From an uncultured bacterium (lineage in GTDB: Bacteria; Hydrothermota; UBA3073; NMUJ01): a stretch of 10,209 bases of DNA. Where the stretch lies: the NCBI GenBank assembly GCA_965612795.1, contig CBFDTI010000047.1:1-10209 (forward strand), in the 5' to 3' direction. The notes under the pieces are model-generated. The model saw only the letters and a program-made list of their open reading frames with translations. It was not told the DNA's origin and made no database searches. The position numbers and the translations under genes were made by a program. Shown here one piece after another: positions 7,054-10,209 of the stretch; positions within the stretch are counted from its first letter, which is position 1; each line of letters opens with the position of its first letter.

Positions 7054-8115
7054 TTATTGGACTTTCGGATATACAGCTATTAGTCGACCTGTATCGGATG
7101 AGAATATCGCATATTTCGATATTCTGTTTATCACACCCAATTTGTCGCCAACCTTGTACGATCGAGTAGCTGTCGACCTTACCCTTAAAGTATGCTGCCC
7201 GTTAGTAAGGTGAAGCAGTACGTCCCTACCCTCATACTCCACATCTTCTATCTTCCAATCCCCATCTGATATTACCTTTATATCCTCAGGTCGTATACCT
7301 ATGATTGCTTCGCATGAAGGATATTCCCGAGGTAGAACCCACCTCAGTCTATGGGTTTCAAATACATTGCCACGTATCTGTCCACGGAACAGGTTAATCT
7401 TGGGCTTACCTACAAACTCAGCCACGAACAGGTTTGCAGGTGCATTGTAGACATCCATAGGTGTACCTATCTGCTGTATTTCACCATCCTTTATTATAAC
7501 CAACCTTTCTGCTACACTCATACCTTCATCCTGGTTATGTGTCACATATACCATAGTGTAACGTTTTTCGCGATGCAGCTTAAGTATAAGGTGCTTTATC
7601 TCTTCCTTACGGGGTAGATCGATATTAGCAAGCGGTTCATCCAACAGGAACACACGTGGGTCACGTATGATCGCTTTACCGATGGCTACACGTTGGGCTT
7701 CACCCCCTGACAGTGATCTGGGTCTCCTACGCAATAGATGTGCTATCCCAAGGTATGATGCAACCTCACGTACTTTGGTATCGATGTAGGGTTTGGGGTA
7801 CTTACGTACTTTTAAACTGAAAGCGAGATTCTGATATACCGTCATGTGTGGATACAATGTGAAATGCTGAAATATCATCGCTACATCGCGCTCTTGTGGT
7901 GACGTAGTGGTCACATCTGTATTATCAAAATATACCTTACCTTCGGTGGGATGCTCCAACCCTGCGATAATCCTTAGTAAAGTGGATTTACCTGCACCGG
8001 ATGGCCCCAGCACCACACAGAGTTCACCTCCTTTGATTTCGAGATTTATGGAATTAAGTGCAATAATGTTTCGGTCGTATATTTTGGTCACATTATCCAG
8101 CTTTATGGTCGTCAT
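7054..8115 (-). CDS. Carbohydrate-uptake (CUT1; MalK/MsmX/UgpC-like) ABC transporter ATP-binding protein
   Basis: Walker A GPSGAGKS, Q-loop MIFQHFTLYPHMTV, signature LSGGEAQR, Walker B FLLDEP, H-loop YVTH, FVAEFVG and GIRPED leading into a C-terminal OB/TOBE region; 353 aa. Confidence 0.93.
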   Translation of the reverse strand: MTTIKLDNVTKIYDRNIIALNSINLEIKGGELCVVLGPSGAGKSTLLRIIAGLEHPTEGKVYFDNTDVTTTSPQERDVAMIFQHFTLYPHMTVYQNLAFSLKVRKYPKPYIDTKVREVASYLGIAHLLRRRPRSLSGGEAQRVAIGKAIIRDPRVFLLDEPLANIDLPRKEEIKHLILKLHREKRYTMVYVTHNQDEGMSVAERLVIIKDGEIQQIGTPMDVYNAPANLFVAEFVGKPKINLFRGQIRGNVFETHRLRWVLPREYPSCEAIIGIRPEDIKVISDGDWKIEDVEYEGRDVLLHLTNGQHTLRVRSTATRSYKVGDKLGVINRISKYAIFSSDTGRLIAVYPKVQ

Positions 8116-8119
8116 CCAG

Positions 8120-8953
8120 CTACTTGGACTCCTTCTCCAGCTGCTCAGGACGTCGCCAACCTTTTGGCACCTCTGGTAATCTAACTTTCTGCTTTAGAAG
8201 CTGATGAAACTTCTCTATTCTCTTGGGAAGGTCGGGTTTGATTGCATCAAATTTCAGCTGTTCGGGTACCTCCTTAATTGCTGGCTCTTTTCTAATCACT
8301 GTATGTTTCAACTCCTCCGTAGGGATGAGTGATTTAATCTTCGGCAATGGTATGAGGTCGAGTTCGCCCTTCTCAAACTTGGTCTTCTCAACGAACAACC
8401 ACGCACCTTGTTCGAATATCTCCTCTTCACTGAGCTCGTGCGTCTTGAACGGCATACCCCAACCTGGAGGGGCGGGATGTTCTGGATATCCTGGATATTC
8501 ATAATAACCGGCGGGGTTACCCCATGGATCCATAGGGGCCCACCCTATGTAACCATGGATCTCGATCCAGACCACCCAGTGTGGTGCCCATATATAACCG
8601 GGTATCCATACCCAACCATACATTGGGGTCCACAACCACCTACCATAATGGTAACATATAGCCCATGGTTCGAACGATACCCACAACCAACCCCAACGTT
8701 CGGTCCATACCCACATACCATAGCGGTAGGGTTGCCAATCTTCCCATACAAATGGCATCCATACGCGACCGAATGGTGGCAACCATACCCAACGTCCATA
8801 CCATTCCCAATACATTGGCCCCCAATAATGATATTCTTCGTAATAGTATGGGCTATAGCGCCAGTTGTATTCCCAACGTGTCCCGTAACCATAACCTGTA
8901 GCACATGATACAGTGATTATCATGGCTAACATCAATAGAATCAAGTTTCTCAT
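8120..8953 (-). CDS. Trp/Tyr/Gly-rich lipoprotein, DUF6600-like
   Basis: Lipobox ITVSC (Cys17); core WQPYRYGMWVW...GWLWVSFEPW...YHYGRW...YGWVWIPG..WAPHWVVW...GYIGWAP matches the DUF6600 pattern as recalled; SD AGGAGG at 8963-8958. Confidence 0.8.
   Translation of the reverse strand: MRNLILLMLAMIITVSCATGYGYGTRWEYNWRYSPYYYEEYHYWGPMYWEWYGRWVWLPPFGRVWMPFVWEDWQPYRYGMWVWTERWGWLWVSFEPWAICYHYGRWLWTPMYGWVWIPGYIWAPHWVVWIEIHGYIGWAPMDPWGNPAGYYEYPGYPEHPAPPGWGMPFKTHELSEEEIFEQGAWLFVEKTKFEKGELDLIPLPKIKSLIPTEELKHTVIRKEPAIKEVPEQLKFDAIKPDLPKRIEKFHQLLKQKVRLPEVPKGWRRPEQLEKESK
8600..8800 (-). repeat. Three intragenic peptide repeats YGxWxWxxxxGxxWxx (25-26 aa period)
   Basis: YGRWVWLPPFGRVWMP (aa 52-67), YGMWVWTERWGWLWVS (aa 78-93) and YGRWLWTPMYGWVWIP (aa 103-118). 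Confidence 0.8.
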
Positions 8954-8984
8954 ATGCCCTCCTTTGCTCTCTATTATAAAGACT

Positions 8985-9012
8985 ATTATATGGCGATAAA
9001 AGTTTTCGTCAA
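8985..9012 (-). promoter_or_regulatory. Sigma70-type promoter for the lipoprotein-ABC ATPase operon (TTGACG-N16-TATAAT)
   Basis: TTGACG at 9012-9007, perfect TATAAT at 8990-8985, and a second TATAAT at 8978-8973. Confidence 0.75.
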
Positions 9013-9017
9013 CAAAG

Positions 9018-9046
9018 TTGACATCTTGTATTATGTTACATTTTTA
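9018..9046 (+). promoter_or_regulatory. Putative promoter for the M42 peptidase (perfect -35, weak -10)
   Basis: TTGACA at 9018-9023 followed by AT-rich TACATTTTTA at 9037-9046; the -10 register is ambiguous. Confidence 0.45.
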
Positions 9047-9088
9047 TTTCACAGTTGGTTCTCTCACATTAACCAGCTAGGAGGGTCT

Positions 9089-10156
9089 ATGGATAAAGCC
9101 AGTTATGAATTTCTGAAACAGTTGATAGAGGTGCCGAGCCCCTCGGGTTATGAGGAAGAGGCTTCCCGGTTATGGCGCGAATGGGTAGGCAAATTTGTTG
9201 ACAAAGTCTATTCCGACGTACATGGTAACAGTTTCGGTGTGCTAAAACCAGACTTAGGATATAGGGTGATGCTTGCTGGCCATATCGATGAGATCGGCTA
9301 CATGATAAATTACATTGATGACAATGGTTTCCTGTATTTCAGGCCAATAGGGGGGTTCGACCGCCATATTGTACCAGGTCACCGCGTATGGATACGTACC
9401 CGAAAGGGTAAGCTACTGGGTGTGATAGGTAAGAAGCCGACCCACCTTTTGGAAAAGGAGGAACGTGAAAAGGTTTTAAAATTTGAGAACATGTGGATCG
9501 ATATCGGTGCAAAAGACAAAAAGGAGGCTGAATCACTCGTAAGGATTGGCGATATCGCCGTACCTGCATATGGGTTGGAGGAGCTCAACGATAAGATAAT
9601 GGTAGCACGTGGGTTTGACGATAGGATAGGTGCCTTTGTGGTGGCGGAGACGCTACGGTTGTTGGCAAACCAAAAGGGTAACCTCAAAGTTGCCGTGTAT
9701 GGGGTAGCCACTGTACAGGAAGAGATTGGCTTAAGGGGTGCACACACATCAGCTTATAGGGTGAACCCCAACGTTGGTATCGCCATCGATGTGGGGTTTG
9801 CCAGCGATACACCTGATGTCAACAAGAAGGTAACGGGTGAAGTGAAGCTGGGTGGTGGCCCCATAATTTCACGTGGTGCCAACATCAACCCCAAGATTTT
9901 CGATATGCTTGTGACGACAGCTGAGGAGAATGATATACCTTATCAACTTGTGGGTGCACCACGTGGCACAGGTACAGACGCCAATGTTATACAGTTAACA
10001 CGTGCAGGTGTAGCTACTGGGCTTATGAGTATTCCTAACCGCTATATGCATACACCTGTGGAGCTGGTCCATAAAGATGATGTTGATAATGCTGCGCTGT
10101 TGTTGGCTAAGTTCATATTAAAGTTGGATGAATCCACCGACTTCACCATCACCTGA
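9089..10156 (+). CDS. M42 family (TET-type) metalloaminopeptidase
   Basis: PSPSGYE, AGHIDEIG, GFDDRIG, QEEIGLRGA, IAIDVG, GTDA and RYMHTPVE metal-binding/catalytic motifs. Start moved to ATG 9089, preceded by AGGAGG at 9079-9084; 355 aa. Confidence 0.95.
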   Translation: MDKASYEFLKQLIEVPSPSGYEEEASRLWREWVGKFVDKVYSDVHGNSFGVLKPDLGYRVMLAGHIDEIGYMINYIDDNGFLYFRPIGGFDRHIVPGHRVWIRTRKGKLLGVIGKKPTHLLEKEEREKVLKFENMWIDIGAKDKKEAESLVRIGDIAVPAYGLEELNDKIMVARGFDDRIGAFVVAETLRLLANQKGNLKVAVYGVATVQEEIGLRGAHTSAYRVNPNVGIAIDVGFASDTPDVNKKVTGEVKLGGGPIISRGANINPKIFDMLVTTAEENDIPYQLVGAPRGTGTDANVIQLTRAGVATGLMSIPNRYMHTPVELVHKDDVDNAALLLAKFILKLDESTDFTIT

Positions 10157-10209
10157 ACTGGAGGTACATAGCCTTACCGTTGGTTATGATCGACGACCTG
10201 TTATCAAAG
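10128..10209 (+). CDS. Partial ABC transporter ATP-binding protein (N-terminus; metal or iron-chelate/cobalamin type likely), runs off the window end
   Basis: Open frame from ATG 10128 reads MNPPTSPSPELEVHSLTVGYDRRPVIK, matching the typical ABC ATPase start LxVxxLxVxYxxxxVl; overlaps the M42 gene by 29 nt. Confidence 0.7.
   Translation, partial: MNPPTSPSPELEVHSLTVGYDRRPVIK

Noticed and set aside
8534..8880. Repetitive CCA/CCATA-rich DNA resembling a repeat array or CRISPR
   Set aside because: No identical 23-47 bp repeats with spacers; it is the antisense of Trp/Tyr/Gly codons in the peptide repeats, and no cas genes are present.
8223..8908. Several overlapping alternative-frame and antisense ORFs (up to 166 aa) within the lipoprotein gene
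   Set aside because: Explained by the biased TGG/TAT/GGN codon content of the Trp-rich gene; no SD or recognisable motifs.
8954..9088. 45-aa N-terminal extension of the M42 ORF given in the ORF track
   Set aside because: It spans the divergent promoter region and does not look like protein; M42 similarity and a strong SD point to ATG 9089.
10160..10209. GGAGGT followed by ATA, suggesting an infC-like non-AUG start (IALPLVMIDDLLSK)
   Set aside because: The peptide does not resemble IF3; the alternative frame gives a convincing ABC ATPase N-terminus and GGAGGT is just its Leu-Glu-Val codons.

Overview
Gene-dense bacterial chromosomal segment (roughly 42-45% GC by eye) from a diderm, probably anaerobic organism. 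The PorV/PorQ-family barrel and very short signal peptides suggest an FCB-associated candidate lineage such as WOR-3; this is tentative inference. Order: accD(+), PorV/PorQ-family OMP(+), then on the minus strand dacB/PBP4, rnfA, an unknown beta-barrel OMP, class I fumarate hydratase alpha subunit, an RNase Z-like MBL hydrolase, an exported putative split-barrel protein, a MalK-type ABC ATPase and a Trp-rich DUF6600-like lipoprotein. A divergent promoter follows, then an M42 aminopeptidase(+) and the start of a second ABC ATPase missed by the ORF track. I see no rRNA, tRNA, CRISPR array, mobile element or recognisable defence system, and no clear-cut new multi-gene system. The best leads are an orphan rnfA translationally coupled between an OMP and PBP4, two uncharacterised exported proteins heading operons, a possible uORF/structured leader, about 3-fold enrichment of the palindrome YACGTR, and compact expression signals (16-bp promoter spacers, 4-nt SD spacing, leaderless starts).
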